Assembly (NCBI GenBank): GCA_046563655.1 | Contig: CM102284.1 | Coordinates: forward strand, 8,494,001-8,558,000 | Direction of reading: 5' to 3' | Length of the DNA stretch: 64,000 bases | Source: Yuukianura sp. NJ FZ-2021 | Lineage: Eukaryota | Shown: positions 48,401-62,279 of the stretch, one piece after another | How positions within the stretch are numbered: position 1 is the stretch's first letter | Layout: every line of letters starts with the position of its first letter | Translations under genes and position numbers: made by a program | Notes under the pieces: generated by a model | The model's input: the letters and a program-made list of their open reading frames with translations, nothing else | What the model was told of the DNA's origin: nothing | The model's database searches: none

Positions 48401-51007
48401 GGCAGGAACCGAATACCGGACCTAAAAATTAAAATTTCATTTTCATTTTACTTTTTAATCCATTTTTATTAAATTTCTGTTTAAAAAAAATCCTTACAGT
48501 GCATCCGCCTCCCCGTCGGCCTGATTTTGTCCCAAGTGCAATTTGGCTACACGAAATTCCTGAAAAAAGTGATTAAATAAATGTTGCCACCATTTTTGGA
48601 ACGCAAAAGGTCAAAGGTCAACTCAAAAACTTTACATCCAGAGCATCTTCGGCTGCTAGGATTCGATCTTCGTGCAATTGATTGCCCTTCAACAGGGGCA
48701 CCAGTTTGTCAAACAGCCTCATCGCAGCATCATCGTGTGGAACAGCTACAAAACATTTAAAATTATAAAACGAAGGTCAAAGGTCAAATATGAAACAAAG
48801 GTCAAAGGTCAAATGAATGGAAGTTACCATAGGCCGAAGGGAGGGAAGTCCTCACTGCCTTCGTGAAATCGTCGTAACTGGATGTTTTTTGAATGTTGTC
48901 CATGTTGAGGGGGTGTGTTGATTCTGGAATGGCCATGCCAAGGCTCCCTCCATTCCGAACTCGTCGAGTGGCAGCAGCGACTTGTTGCTTCCGAATGACT
49001 TCTGACCCCCTTCGGTGCTCCTTGTCCTTGGAGGGCACAGGCATGTCGATGGCAACGTGACCTTGATTCACCCCACGAATTTCAGCTCTCCTCTCCCCCA
49101 GTTTCAGCTGCTGGAAACTCGTTCTCTGCAAAATCTGCTCCTCCTCATCCAAACTGTCTTCTGAGAAGTCTTCCCCTTCGTCTTCATCAAAGTATTCAAT
49201 CAGTTTCACAAACCTAAAAACCAATTTCAATTAAAGAATCAATTAAAACTTGAAAATTCTTGCAGTATTGAACTAAATTCTCAATTGTGACGTAAAACGT
49301 ACCATGATTTCTTCAGCTTCTTTTGTTTATCTGACTTCCGCTTCTTTTTTGCTTCCTCGATGCGTTTCTGTTCCGCCTCCTCTTCTTCTTTAATTCGTTT
49401 AATTTCTGCTTTTGTGAGCGTGTAGAATCGTTTCCAAGTGTACTTTGCATGAAGGTGCTTCAAATGCTGCTCCCGATGTTCACGCCGTTGAGCTTCCACT
49501 TTCTCAGCCAGCTTTTCCTTCATTTTCTGCGTCAGTTTCGGAGCACTTTCAGAATTGCTAGATCTGGGAATCACTTTCGGAGCATTTTCAGAAGTTTTCG
49601 CTTTGGCTGGAGATTTAGGCTTTGCAGTGTTGGTCACTGGAGGGGAGTTTTGTCTTTTAGAAGGCACTGCATTGTCTGCATTGTCCAGAGATTTTAGTGT
49701 TGGTGGTGGCAATGGTGGCATCTTCTTCTTTGGTTGTTTAGGCGAAGGAGGTTGAGGTTGTACCACCGGTGGCGGTGGTGGGACGATCGGCAGCATCTCC
49801 GCTTCCTCTTCCTCTTCGCCAACAAGATAGTCGGATTTAGGCAGTTCTTTATAACTCAGCACACGTCGGATTTTTTCCCATTTCTTTCCAGTCAGTTTAA
49901 CCTCGGGCGATGGGGTTTTCTTCGTTGGTTTCTTTGAAGACATTTTGGACCAAGGCCAACGCTTTCCAATTGGTTTGGACGTCGGTGCCTCAGATTTCGG
50001 ATTTGGAGAAACCGGTGCCTGTGATTTCGGTTTCGGAGAAACGGGTGTCTTGGATTTCGGAGAAACCGGTGCCAGATTGACTACGGCCGGTTTTTGACGC
50101 AATACTTTTTCCCCCTCAACAGCACTGTCGACCGGTTTCACTTTGAGTCTGAAGATCCCAGTTCTGAATGGACGCTTTTCTTCAACAACGTGCGGCGGAA
50201 CCTGCGTTCGACCTGGCGATCGCCTCAGAGTAGCCACGGATTCTACTTCAAGTGGCCTTCGTTTCGTCGATGATGCAGACACTGATTTCCTGGGATCTTT
50301 GGTTGCTCCACTGCCATGATCTTCTTCCTTCTTCTTGCTGCCCACTTCTGGCCCGTTTTCGTCAGCTGGACTTCCGGAAGCCACGAGGTTCTCATCAGAA
50401 GCTAACAAGGCACCTACAAACAAATCCCATTGAATACACATTAGAAGTTTCAAACTTCTAAATATATTTTGCATATTGAAGAACATAGTTGGACTAAACC
50501 TGGTTGTGGGATCATGAAACCGCCTGGCTCCTGCGTCAGATTCTGATCACTGCTGAAAAAGAGTTTCCTAGAAATGCGGAGTCGTCCTTGCGGAGAAGTA
50601 GCTGGGAAGACTTGATTGTGTTTCAAAGCGAGTCGCGACGTCCGAATGGGTTCGGCAGCAGTCGTTTCTTGTGCGGCATTTTGCGTCGGTGGTTCTGGAG
50701 AATACACTGCCAGTTGTGGAGGTGAACCTGTTCGGACATTTGGAGCTTGACCACTTCTACGTGGAGCTGCCTTTGGACTTTGAGGTTTATCGGAAACGCT
50801 GCCAATATTCTTGGTAGTGGACGGTGCTGAATGTTCCGGTGGGGCTGCCTTTTCCTTCGTTTGCCCCCTGGGAAGGGGCTGCGGTTGAGGGTGGCTGGAC
50901 TGTGGGGCTGTTGCTGTGTCAGGAACTTCCTGAACAGGTGGAGAATTGCGTTGCTTTGACCGTGGGGCAGCCTTCGGTGGGTCCTTCTTCGGACTATTCT
51001 TCTTCAT
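45408..51007 (-). CDS. Divergent transmembrane channel-like (TMC) protein (~1478 aa, 17 exons) with a long Pro/Lys/Ser-rich N-terminus
   Basis: TMC motifs in order: IWHEPLHQIEMNFGVSASTYFRWLR; KFFYGMY; LFLSAWDY; CWEEDTGTEIYRL; FDVE..L.LI..GTFFFPLLP; HPSASCGPF; LRLERVDREFLL. Exons 51007-50500, 50413-49303, 49213-48828, 48745-48636, 48559-48498, 48421-48292, 48213-48134, 48069-47998, 47936-47855, 47769-47461, 47392-47031, 46961-46901, 46833-46688, 46623-46461, 46387-46222, 46157-46040, 45978-45408. AATAAA on the minus strand at 45398-45393. Confidence 0.85.
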
Positions 51008-52529
51008 CTCCAAAGAAATTGGTTTCCTTATTCAATTCAAACAAAACGTCAAGCATTTATGTAAGTTATGCCACGATGTGAACTTTGGCCTTACGTTGGC
51101 AGTTGGAAGTTGGTTGGTTGTCGTCAGTGGATCTCTGGAAGTAAACAATGATGGAATCCAAGACACAAACTATCGTAAAGTATGCTGCACAGGTTAGAAT
51201 ACTCGACAAATATGGAACAATCGATTAATTAAACGATTACTAATTGAGAAGTAATTGCCTGCCATTCGAGCACACGCACAGTGACAGTGATTGAAATTAA
51301 GAATTAAAATTTGAATTTAGAAATTTAAACTTTTTCGCGCCATTGCTTCCCCACCCAGAGAAAAAGGGGTGAGGGGAAAACAGAGGAGCCTTTTTGAATC
51401 GCATAATCTCCGCATAGGCTCCGGGAAAAATCGAGCGCCCACTTTTAGGATAACAGTCTGCACGACACGCTAAAATTCACAGTGATCACACTGTGAGTTC
51501 TTTGCAACCGACACTCACTGTTCACCTACGCTGAATTAAAATTAGTTTTTCCATGGCGTTGCAGTTGCACTAAAACATGAGCAATTATATTCCATGAGCA
51601 ATTTATATTTCCTAATTCACTAAAGTGAATCTTCCTAATTTATTGGAATTTAAAAAATTCCAAAATATTGTTTTTTGAAAATACCATCACACCTTCTAGC
51701 TTTCTACAGTAGGACTTTCGGAGAAAGTCAGGATTAGGCTAAAAAATACCCTTTTAAAAATACATTGTCCTCATTTATGACTATGAGAAGTGTACAAAAT
51801 TCCAAAACATTGTTTTTTTTAACCAAAATATTAAAATCAATCTCATCTAATAAGCATTTGCTTTTTACTGTTTTTTTTTAAATGTGCTTTTCAAAAAACT
51901 TTTTAAATTTCGCCGTTAACTTAGAATGCCAGCCGTTTTAGTTTAGTATAAATAGCAATATAAGGTCGCGCTAAAAATGTTACCGCAAAATGTCAATCAG
52001 CCCGGAAAGTTATATTTGCCAGACTAAAAAAATGAAAACAAAATTTTTGGTTTTGCTCGAAGCAGACGCCAAATAAAAATTAATTTCTGCTGCCCATACA
52101 ACAAAAGCGGACATTACCTGTAAAAAATGAGCATAATTTTTAAATGGCTTGAAAAAAGTGAAAACGGAGAAAAATGTTTTTTTTTTCCCTTTCCAAATCC
52201 ATGTGCATAAGATTGTGTCTTGTTGGCGTCTTTTTTCCTGCTCTGCCCGCCAATTTCAAAGGGGCAAATCACTAAAACCAAAATGAAAATAAAATAAAAC
52301 ATAAAATAATAAATTGAGCATCAAACCTTGTGAAATTGGGCAACTGAAGAGAAACAAAACAACTGCTAAATTTTTGCAGTTTTTGCTTTCCCTTGATTGT
52401 CGTTCCACCACTGGAAAGCACATTCACAACTCTTGAGTGTAATGTCCGTTCACGTTTTCGCTCAGTAGGTTACGTCTAAAACTCATTTAATTCAACAAGT
52501 CCAAACGTTTTTCGTCAACAGAAGGGAAA

Positions 52530-54485
52530 ATGGTGGTTGCGGGTATCGGTGGATTTTGTTGCAGAAAGAGTTTGGCCTTTCTCAAGCCCATTACTAAACA
52601 TGTCACAGCGATTAGCAATGGTTTAGCAAATGGCCAACTCTGGGGGTAATCAGCATTTCATTGAACGTTTACAATGTTATTACGATTTGGTATCTGGAAT
52701 AACTGAAATTGTGGAGTTGTTGTTTCAGACACTCGGATCGACGGAACTACGCTGCTCGCTGGAGTCCGGATCCCGAGTACTACAGAGCCAATAAAGGGGC
52801 AGTGCTTTACAACGAAGAGCACAAGAACTGGGGCCTGGTTCCCGAAGATTTCCTACTCAAGGACCCCCACATTGAAACTGAAATCAAAAACATGGTCATC
52901 AACTTCGGACCGCAACATCCAGCGGCTCACGGGGTCCTTCGCCTTATTCTCGTAACTCAACGTTTTTAAAACGTTTTAGTACTGAATCTCCTATTTTGGA
53001 ATTTGATTTGTGAATTTATGTTAGGAACTAGAGGGAGAAACTGTTGTGAGAGCTGATCCGCACATTGGTCTCCTTCATCGTGGCACTGAGAAACTAATTG
53101 AATACAAAACGTACACTCAAGCTCTGCCGTATTTCGATCGTCTCGATTACGTTTCAATGATGTGCAATGAACAGTGCTACTCCCTGGCTGTAGAGAAACT
53201 GCTTGGAATCGATATTCCACCCAGAGCAAAATACATCCGAAGTAAAAATGGATTTCTGTCATTTTAGTTTCATAATCTTACTTTCCTTGTTTGTTGCAGC
53301 CTTATTTGCCGAACTGACTCGCATTCTGAATCACTTGATGGCCATTGGCACTCATGCTCTTGACATTGGCGCCTTGACGCCCTTCTTCTGGCTCTTTGAA
53401 GAACGTGAAAAGATGATGGAATTCTATGAACGAGTTTCCGGGGCTCGGATGCATGCTGCCTACATTCGTCCTGGTGGAGTGGCCCTCGTAAGTCAAAACT
53501 TCAGTAAAACTGAAGTTGATTAAGTTGCCAATTTCAGTTGAGAGATTTTAATTTATGATAATTTGATGATAGGACATGCCTCTGGGTCTCATGGACGACA
53601 TCTACGCATTCTCGTGTAACTTTTCTGAACGTCTGGACGAAGTAGAGGACGTTTTGACTTCCAACAGAATTTGGAAACATCGAACGGTTGACATTGGGAC
53701 TGTGACGGCAGAAGAAGCGCTAAATTACGGGTTCAGTGGAGTGATGTTGAGAGGGTCAGGGATCAAATGGGATCTGCGCAAATCACAACCATATGATGCT
53801 TATGCCGACATGGAATTTGATGTCCCCATTGGCACCAAGGGAGACTGCTACGATCGGTAACTTCATAAACACAGTTTTTGGAATATTGATCATTGCATTT
53901 AACTTTGTGGTTTACTTTTTAGCTACTTGTGCCGAATGGAAGAGATGAGACAGTCCCTAAGAATCATCGAGCAATGCTTGAATAAGATGCCGAGTGGAGC
54001 TGTGAAAACGGATGATGCAAAATTAACTTATCCCTCGCGAGAGGAAATGAAGGTTCGCTTTAGTTTTACTTTAACTTTTTTACTTTTTATTAAAATCCAT
54101 GCCGAAATACCAGCTTTTTAAAAATGGTTTTTTACGTTTTTGTAGACGTCGATGGAGGCGATTATTCACCACTTCAAGCTGTTTACACAAGGCTATGCTG
54201 TTCCACCCGGAGCCACCTACACTGCCATTGAAGCTCCAAAGGGTATGCTCTACTAATTAGTTGTCTTAATTAATTATTTGAAATTAATTAAATTTGTTGA
54301 TTGCAGGTGAGTTTGGAGTTTATCTAGTCTCTGACGGTGGAACTAAACCGTATCGCTGCAAAATCAAAGCTCCTGGATTTGCTCATTTGGCTGCTTTGGA
54401 GAAGCTGGGGAAGAACACAATGTTGGCTGATGTTGTGGCCATCATTGGAACGCTGGACATTGTCTTCGGAGAAGTGGATCGTTAG
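52530..54485 (+). CDS. NDUFS2: NADH:ubiquinone oxidoreductase 49-kDa subunit (~477 aa). Exons 52530-52645, 52729-52951, 53025-53241, 53300-53487, 53573-53856, 53923-54052, 54146-54242, 54307-54485.
   Basis: [65 protein letters not shown]; basic N-terminal transit peptide. Confidence 0.97.
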
Positions 54486-56176
54486 CTACATACAACGTCA
54501 AATTGTCGATTAAACTGAAATTAGTAAGTGATTGATTAGGATTTAAAACTAAAAACTGTTCTTTTTAGCTCAACATAAATATTATTGCCAAAGAAATGAA
54601 TCTACGAGGTGGGAAATCTTCTGAAAGTTAAGATTATTGTGCTGTTTGATGATTTGTTTTTGTATTGAAATGAGGTTTGCCTAATTAGGATATGTTTGAG
54701 AGGATCCTGTTCTTTTTTCGTAAACTGGATCAGAAAACGGCTTCTTTCTTGTGATCGTTGACTCATCTTCCAACACATCTATGGGATACGGGTTACAGGA
54801 TTTGAGATTTAAGGACCAGTACAACAGATTCCGGTTTGCTGTAACTTCAGCACTCTTTTTAACAATGCTCACTTCAGTTTTAGTAATTTGAGAGCAGCTA
54901 ACTTAATTTTTGAAAATAGCAAATTCGATAGCAAAGAAAGCGTCCATTTCTGCATCACTTTTTGTTTCTGTAATCAGTTTGCGCCATCCAGACGTTTTTG
55001 TGACCATCTCATAACTATCGACATACGGAATTCGGTAATAAGCGATTCAAAATTACAGAAACCTGCAGCAAGTTATTGAAACACGATTACAAAAACTTGA
55101 AAGAGCAAAAATAAGTTGGAAAAATCATACTACAACGTATACAATTCGTAGAGTGGCACTTTGTTGAAAATATTGTTCTCGCTAGAGACACAGAGATGTG
55201 AGTGTGTCACAGACTGCTTGAAGTGTCCGTTTTTTGCTAAAATTGCATTCAACATTCAACGGACGTACATAAAAACAGGAGGAAAAGTAATCGAGACACG
55301 AGAGCCAGATACGCCAGAGGTACCAGCGATACAGGAAGTCACTTCCATTCAGTTACTCAGTTTCACTTTAGTTTTCCTTGTCTAATTCCGTTGTTCCATG
55401 TTTCAGTGACCTGTGACCTGTCTTTTGAGGTGCGGACGACCCTTGGATCATTGGACAAACATCAATCATTCAAGTTGTGATCTTGCCTTTGTTAAAGTGA
55501 GTGTCAGGCCGTGACAGGGACGACGACGTCACTCACAAACAATAACCCCCTTCTTACAGAAGTAGATGAGAAGAGGCAGATGAAGGAAAGCACTAGCGGA
55601 CACAGGAGACGTCACCCCTCTATCTCCACTTTTTAGCACAAAGTGCTCAGAATCGTCTTCTAACCACAGTTAACTAATTCAACTCAGCTCAGCAGCACCC
55701 ACAACTAGGCTCCAATCGATACACAAACCGTAAGTCTTTCCTTCTAGAACTTTACGTCCTTCCTTCTGAATGGTACATTCAGAAAATCAATTGGAAAACA
55801 AACCGATCGAACTGAACCATTGGATTCTGCATGGATTTGAGACGTAGCTCCAACATTCTACTTTTTTCCGATTGTAATAGACGGTTGTTCTGTCTGTATC
55901 CTTCGTCCACAGTTCAATGTCATCCAGTTCTGATAACTTTTTATTTGACTTATTTTCCAGAGAAACACTCATAAAGTTCACCAGGACAAAGAGGTCATCC
56001 ATTCCTGTCCAAACGGGATTCATCACTCCAAGTCTTCGTCATCACATCGTTTTTGCTTCTTCAACAACGCAAGACTGAACGTCCGAGACTTATTCCGCAG
56101 ATTGTGAACTATTCCAAGTGCCCTTCCTATCCCGTCACCCGCTGACTTTGGGCCAAGTGACTTTGAAGTGTGGATT

Positions 56177-59100
56177 ATGAAGAAAATTAGCAAGATGAAG
56201 TCCTCCAAACTGGGCAACAGTAGTTCATCCATTTCCACCACTGCAGGATCCTCCTCCACCGTTATGAACGGAAGACCAAAGGTTCCTGGCTCCACTGCAG
56301 CCACTTCCGCCCAAGATGAGGTCAATCTCAAAGTGATTCGTGACCTCTGTCATGTGGAGTCCAATCGCTACTGCTTCGAATGCGGTCAGCGTGGTCCAAC
56401 GTATGTGGACGTCACAATCGGATCCTTCATCTGCATGCAGTGCTCTGGATTGCTGTAAGTTATCTCTTCTCCTTACTTTTGTTCCGTGTAACTGTCCATT
56501 TGACTCAGATTAATTCGTGGAGTGAAAATGTGGAAGAGTCATTAGCCTTTTAGCAGCTTCCCCACGCCTCTCTGTTTACATTTGTACCGTGTTTGTGCAT
56601 TGTGCTTCAATGATTTGGTTGATTTTGAACTGCTGGAGTGTAGAGGGGATGAATCATGTCTAAAGTTCCAATTGTGTTGAATTGTAACGGCGAATCGTCA
56701 CGTAGTATGACTCTGAGCATCTTCCCTCGTCAGAACTTGGTTTTTAAAACATGAAATTCCTGTTTGGTCCCAATCAATGTCAGGGTCAACTCCAAATCCA
56801 GCCTCATTTCCTCATAAGCTTCCTTAAAAACTGTATAAACTTTACAACTTGTTCTTGTAGGGCAGTGAATCTGTGTCTAATTCCGCTTTTAGACAAAAAT
56901 GTAGCCAGTTCCTCATGATTTGTGGCTTCTAAAGCAAAATTCAATTAGCTCATGGAAGTTAAAACTCTTTACAAAATGAAGCCATGACGAATTGTTAATT
57001 GTGATTTCACTCTCTCCTTCGCAGTCTGCACTCTTTAGTATTTTTAGACATGCGACGTGTTCAGGATAGCATTTCCATTTAACTTCATTTGAAATTTTAA
57101 TTACGAATTTAACTTGGTCAAATATTGCTTTCGCCTTTCGTCAGGGAAAAGACAAAGTAAAGTTCTCAGAGGGGAAAAGTGAAAGTGAATTTTAAGTTCA
57201 ACTTGCAATTTGTTATTGAATTTTGAAATGATCAGAAATCCTGGTTATTAGTCAATTTTCTAGTAATTTGTTGACCTCACACTTTAAATGTGCTAAAAAG
57301 TGTTATCTTGCATGTGATAAACGTCGTAGAGTGTAAACTTTAATTCACACCTTGTGTAACTGCGTTTTAAAAAAGCAAAAACAGTTTTAACGGCGTCGAA
57401 GTCATTGAGCTTTGGAGTTTATAAAATGAACAAAAGAGGAATGAAAAAAAGAAATTTTAGGAGAGAAGGTTGCTGTATTAGATTGATTATTTTGGAAAAG
57501 TAGGAAATCAATTCGTGTTGAGAAAATGTAGAACTAGAGCAGTGAGGCATGGGAGTTTGAGTTTCCAAATGTCGTGGGAACTTGGTTTTTCATGCTAAAA
57601 AGAAACAAGGTGGGTTCAGTTGGGTGGGACTTTGTGGGATAATGAAGTTTTGGCGTGGAATTCCTCTTCTTTGACATTTGCCCTCTCTTTTCTTTACTTT
57701 TTTGTTACAAATAAAGTGTAATTTGAACTTCCTGATTGCTTTCGCTTGGAGAAAGTTTGAGCTTCAGTGGACTTTAGCGTGGGAAAAAGTTGAGGGAAAG
57801 CGGTATCAATTTCGTATTGATTTGTAATAAAAAGTGCCCAAAACATTTTTTATTTTGTGGATGGATTGTGTGTATGAAAGGCCAATTTCATAAAGTTTGA
57901 GGAATTGATTGTAACTTCGTCTTGAGACTTTTTTTTTGGGAAGAGATTGGTTCGTTGCGTGCTAAATTTGAGTTGTCTTTGAATGGCAGTCAATGATTTC
58001 CTTTTTTAGCTTCCGCTGACACAGCGGATGAAACTCCAGCATGATTTTACGACGTTCATCGCAAAATTAACTTTCGTTTTACTCCACTTCCTAACTGCAA
58101 ACTTTTCAAAAAATGATTTGATAAAACTCCGACCAGGAAATTTTGTCCAAGGAAAGAGTCAAACTTGAAACTAAAAAATGTACGAAAAATACTAAACACT
58201 ATGGTAAATTTTGTGTGAATTTCAGACGGGGCCTAACACCTCCACATCGCGTAAAATCCATTTCAATGGCCAACTTCAGTCCAGACGAAATGGAGATTCT
58301 AAAAAGCCGGGGAAATGAGGTAAATCAAGATCTAAATTTCACTTGTTTTTTTTTTGGAGCTTAGTTGATTCAGTTTCCTTTTCAGAATTTGTTACACTCA
58401 GGACTTAATTGAGTTGAGTCTGATCAAATTAGAATCAACAAGATTCTTGTCCAGTGGCTTTTTGGTTCATTCACCCTCATGTGCTTTGTTAGATCAGAAT
58501 CAAAATGAAATTTACTTTTCCTATTTTCGCAACCTAGAAAAAAGTTGGTGGCGCCGGAACTCTTGTGGTTTAATTGAAACAAGATTTTGACGCTGCCTTT
58601 CTGACGCCAGAAGTTGCTCAAATTGTAAAAGAGTTTGTTGTTTGTGCTCTGCCAAAACATGACGCATTTGGAATTCTTGGCAGGAGACTCTGCGGGTCAG
58701 AGGGCATCACGTTCTTCGAGTGACAGCTTGACACTTTTACGCTCTTTAGTGTGCCTCGTGCAGTTTCCATGTAAAACTAGTCTCCTTACTCTACTTTTTG
58801 ACTTTTGAATTATGACGTCGTCAATTGATGTCCAGATTTACTGGAATCTCTCACTGACGAATTGAGGGATTTGAGGAAATGACGATTCAAAGGCCACTGG
58901 ACATTTCTCCATCAATTCACTTTTTCCATGAACCAATTTAGTGAATTTTGGAGGCTAAACTTTTAATTCCACAAAATTAAAACAAGGCCGTGCAGAATCT
59001 ATAGAATTTTAGAATTTAGACAGGAAGTGGCTCAATTGTTAATCAAGTGTTAATTTCCACACTTTTGTTTTATTTGCAGTATTGCCGCAAAGTATGGTTG

Positions 59101-61111
59101 GCCACGTACACTTCCAAGGACACGCAGTTGAATTCGACTGACCCTGATCGTGTGAATGCCCTTAAAGGGCTCATGTCCTCCAAATATGAACAGAAAAGGT
59201 ACTACGTGGACCCTTCACGTCTTCCCAAAGCAGAGCTGTCTGAAATCCAAGGGAGGAATCTAAGGGCCGTCGTGAATGGGCAAGGGCCCTCCAAGTCCCC
59301 TCAAGCCTCAACCCACTCCAATCCAAGTCCAGTTCTGAACAACGTTCGTTCCAACTCTTCCCCGCGACTAGTGAATTCAGTGACTCTGCCAGACATGAAG
59401 CCTTTGAGTGCCCTTGACCCTGGATTGGCACTCCATGCTGACCTCTCCACTCTCAGCATCTCCTCAACTTCATCTTCTTCCTCCAGTGGCACAAGCACCA
59501 GTCGACCTCACACGAATCACAACGGAATTCATCCTCCACCAATCCAATTCATCAACAATCTCTCATCTTCAAACGGCCCTTCGACTACTAATGGACACTT
59601 TGAACTGCTGAGTCCCTGGGACAACAACAACTCAGAGGTCAAGGGAACTCAAGATGACTTTAATCCTAACTTTGCTGACTTTGAAGACGCTTTTAGCAGC
59701 ACGAAAGAAGAGAATCAACAGCGGTTACCACAAAAGTACGTCAACGGAGGATTTGAGCCGAATTCAATGCAAATTCCAATCAAGCCAAGCGGAGACATTT
59801 TTCAAAATGGAGTAAACGGAAGTAGGAATGGACATGCGCATGAGTCTACCCAAGACAAGTACGCTGCTCTCAAGGATCTGGACTCACTTTTTAAGCAAAG
59901 TGAGTAAATTTCTAATCAAAAGTAGAAATTATTCTGCTGTTTTTCAATTTTTGAATGAAATGCGTGGCGTTTTTATCTTGTGTTTTTCCCCCTCTGGAGT
60001 CTGAAGACTTGTGCGAATTGCAGAAGATGTGAAATGCGCAACAAGTTTTCTCTGAATCCCATCCAAGGTTAAGTCTCTTGTCATTGGGAAAAGATAAAAC
60101 AAAAGGAAGTTTCTAGAGAGAGTTTCATTTGGCATGGGTTGGACTTCCTCTGGCTTTTGCACTCTCTAATAATTTACATCCGCTGCATATGGGACTTTGT
60201 TTGTCACAGAGACACACGAGGTGACTCTGTGCAATTTTACTTTGAAATTTAACGTGAGAGGCAGTGGTGGTTGCGGTCATAACCCGCATTTCCTCGTCCA
60301 TTCTTAAAAACAGCTCGAAATAAATGGAGGACTCAAAATGCTATGCAGTTTATAAAGCATGAATTGGAGTTGATTCCAATTTGTTAATGGATTAATTTTG
60401 GGAATAAATGTGAAACTGATGAGATTTTGTTTGAATTTGTAGATCCAGAAGCAGTAACGGGAACTTCGCCTTTGCAGAGTTCGTCGGGACTGACGAGCTC
60501 CATGTCAGTTCCAGCGAATCTCAGTTCGTCTGTTGGACAAGATCATAGCAACAACGGATGGTTCTCCTCAGTCTCCCCGTCGTCAACTCAAAATCCATTC
60601 TCTCATGGTAACAAAAGTCTCAAAAAATGTCAATTGTGCCGCAATGGGGGATTCAAATTTTACTTTTGTTTCAGGGAACGGGAACGGGTGGACTCCGAAT
60701 TGGCAAAACCAAAATGGAGGAACAAACGGAAGTGGCCTTAACTCTGCACATCAACACAACACACACAACCCATTTTATGCAACCAACAACAATGGCACAG
60801 GCAATACTAATGGTAAATCCACCAAAAAATTTTTTTGTTCATTTTTGTTTTTGGAAAAAAGTGAAACTCGTGCTCAAATGATGTGTGAAATTGCAGGATG
60901 GCTGTCAGCCTCAGCATCAATCGCTGGAAAAAATACGACTTTTGGATTTTCATCTCCAGGACCACAGTTTGGAACTAGTCAATTCCAGCAGCATCAGCAT
61001 CAAGCACAACTAGGAAACTTCGGATCCAAGGAAGGAAGTGGACTAAAATCAGGATTCAATCCATTCTTTGCTCAGCCTTTAGCACCAAATCCAAACAATC
61101 CGTTTCTCTAA
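56177..61111 (+). CDS. AGFG1: Arf-GAP domain and FG-repeat protein (drongo-like, ~569 aa). Exons 56177-56454, 58226-58319, 59080-59899, 60443-60607, 60675-60812, 60897-61111.
   Basis: ArfGAP zinc finger NRYCFECGQRGPTYVDVTIGSFICMQCSGLLRGLTPPHRVKSISM; FADF; DKYAALKDLD; multiple NPF motifs with terminal NPFL. Confidence 0.93.
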
Positions 61112-62279
61112 CTATCCAGGAAATACACTTCGTTTCCCCACATTCACCTCAGTGGAGTTGAGATTCAAAAGTTACACTTCACATTTTGGAAACTGGACAA
61201 AAAGTGAATGTGGGAAATGAAGTTGGATTCCATGGACACTGTAACACTTACAATAATTCCAAAGATTCAGTTCTTGTGTTAACGCTGAATTAAGTTTAGA
61301 TACTTAGTTTAAAAAGTTTAGCCTTCGCTTGTTCAATGCAGGTCAACCTTAGTTTCCTCAGAATTTGTAGGATTTTGTGAGGTTAACTTACAGAAGAGGA
61401 GTGGCCATACACTATTTATTAGGCTAACTACTTGTACCTAACTAAAACTAACTTTAAACTAAGAACTTGGTCTATTTTTGTCACAATTCGGAAATGTCAA
61501 GTCCACTTACGGTGGTTGGGCTTCAAAAAGTAGTTGAGAATGGATTTTTGTAACTTAGTTTTTTGCTGAAGAAGACGATGGCATTTGTGACACGAATTGT
61601 GATATTGATCTCCTCCTTTTAATCATGTCAATGGGTTCAAATCTACGCAAAATTGGATCAAATCTTGGAAATCTCTTAGGGAAATCTGATTAATCTTACT
61701 AAGATTTAAGCATCTTCGGTTGTAAAAAGTGTCAATTACTAATTATTTAATAGTTTATTGTATTATTATAAGGAACTATATTATAATATTTAATAGTTTT
61801 TAGTGTAAAGAGGCTTGGATTGTTGGGGTGGATTTTTGGACTTGAGGTTATTTGTAGCACAGTTTGTTAAAATCCTCTCACTGGACAGGACTAATTCTTG
61901 ACAAAGACAATGTAGTTTTCTCAATAATTCCCTAACATTTTAGTTAGCATTTATTGTAATGATGTTGATGTTGGATTTAGTTTTGTGTTATTTATGGCAT
62001 TGAATGCGTAGGTCTGTGTTAAGTTATTTAATTTACTCTCTTAAGTTCTCTTATCGTTTCTCTAAGTAAAAACCTCATGGATTTAACAATCTACGTTCTC
62101 CATTTTATTTTGCAAGGATTCTCTTACGCTAACTTCCTATTACGCTATTACGCTATTTACGCTTACTAAACTATTAATTATTGTAATACTTGCAAAGAAT
62201 GACCTTGTTTTTTACTTGTGTGTGCGTTTTGATTAGTACAATACATTGATTTAAATTATCTTAGGCGAGTCATCAAGAC

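Noticed and set aside
48854-48856. Donor GCA|GTGAGG for TMC exon 3
   Set aside because: Phase 0 gives a stop in the next exon. The phase-1 donor at 48827 keeps the frame.
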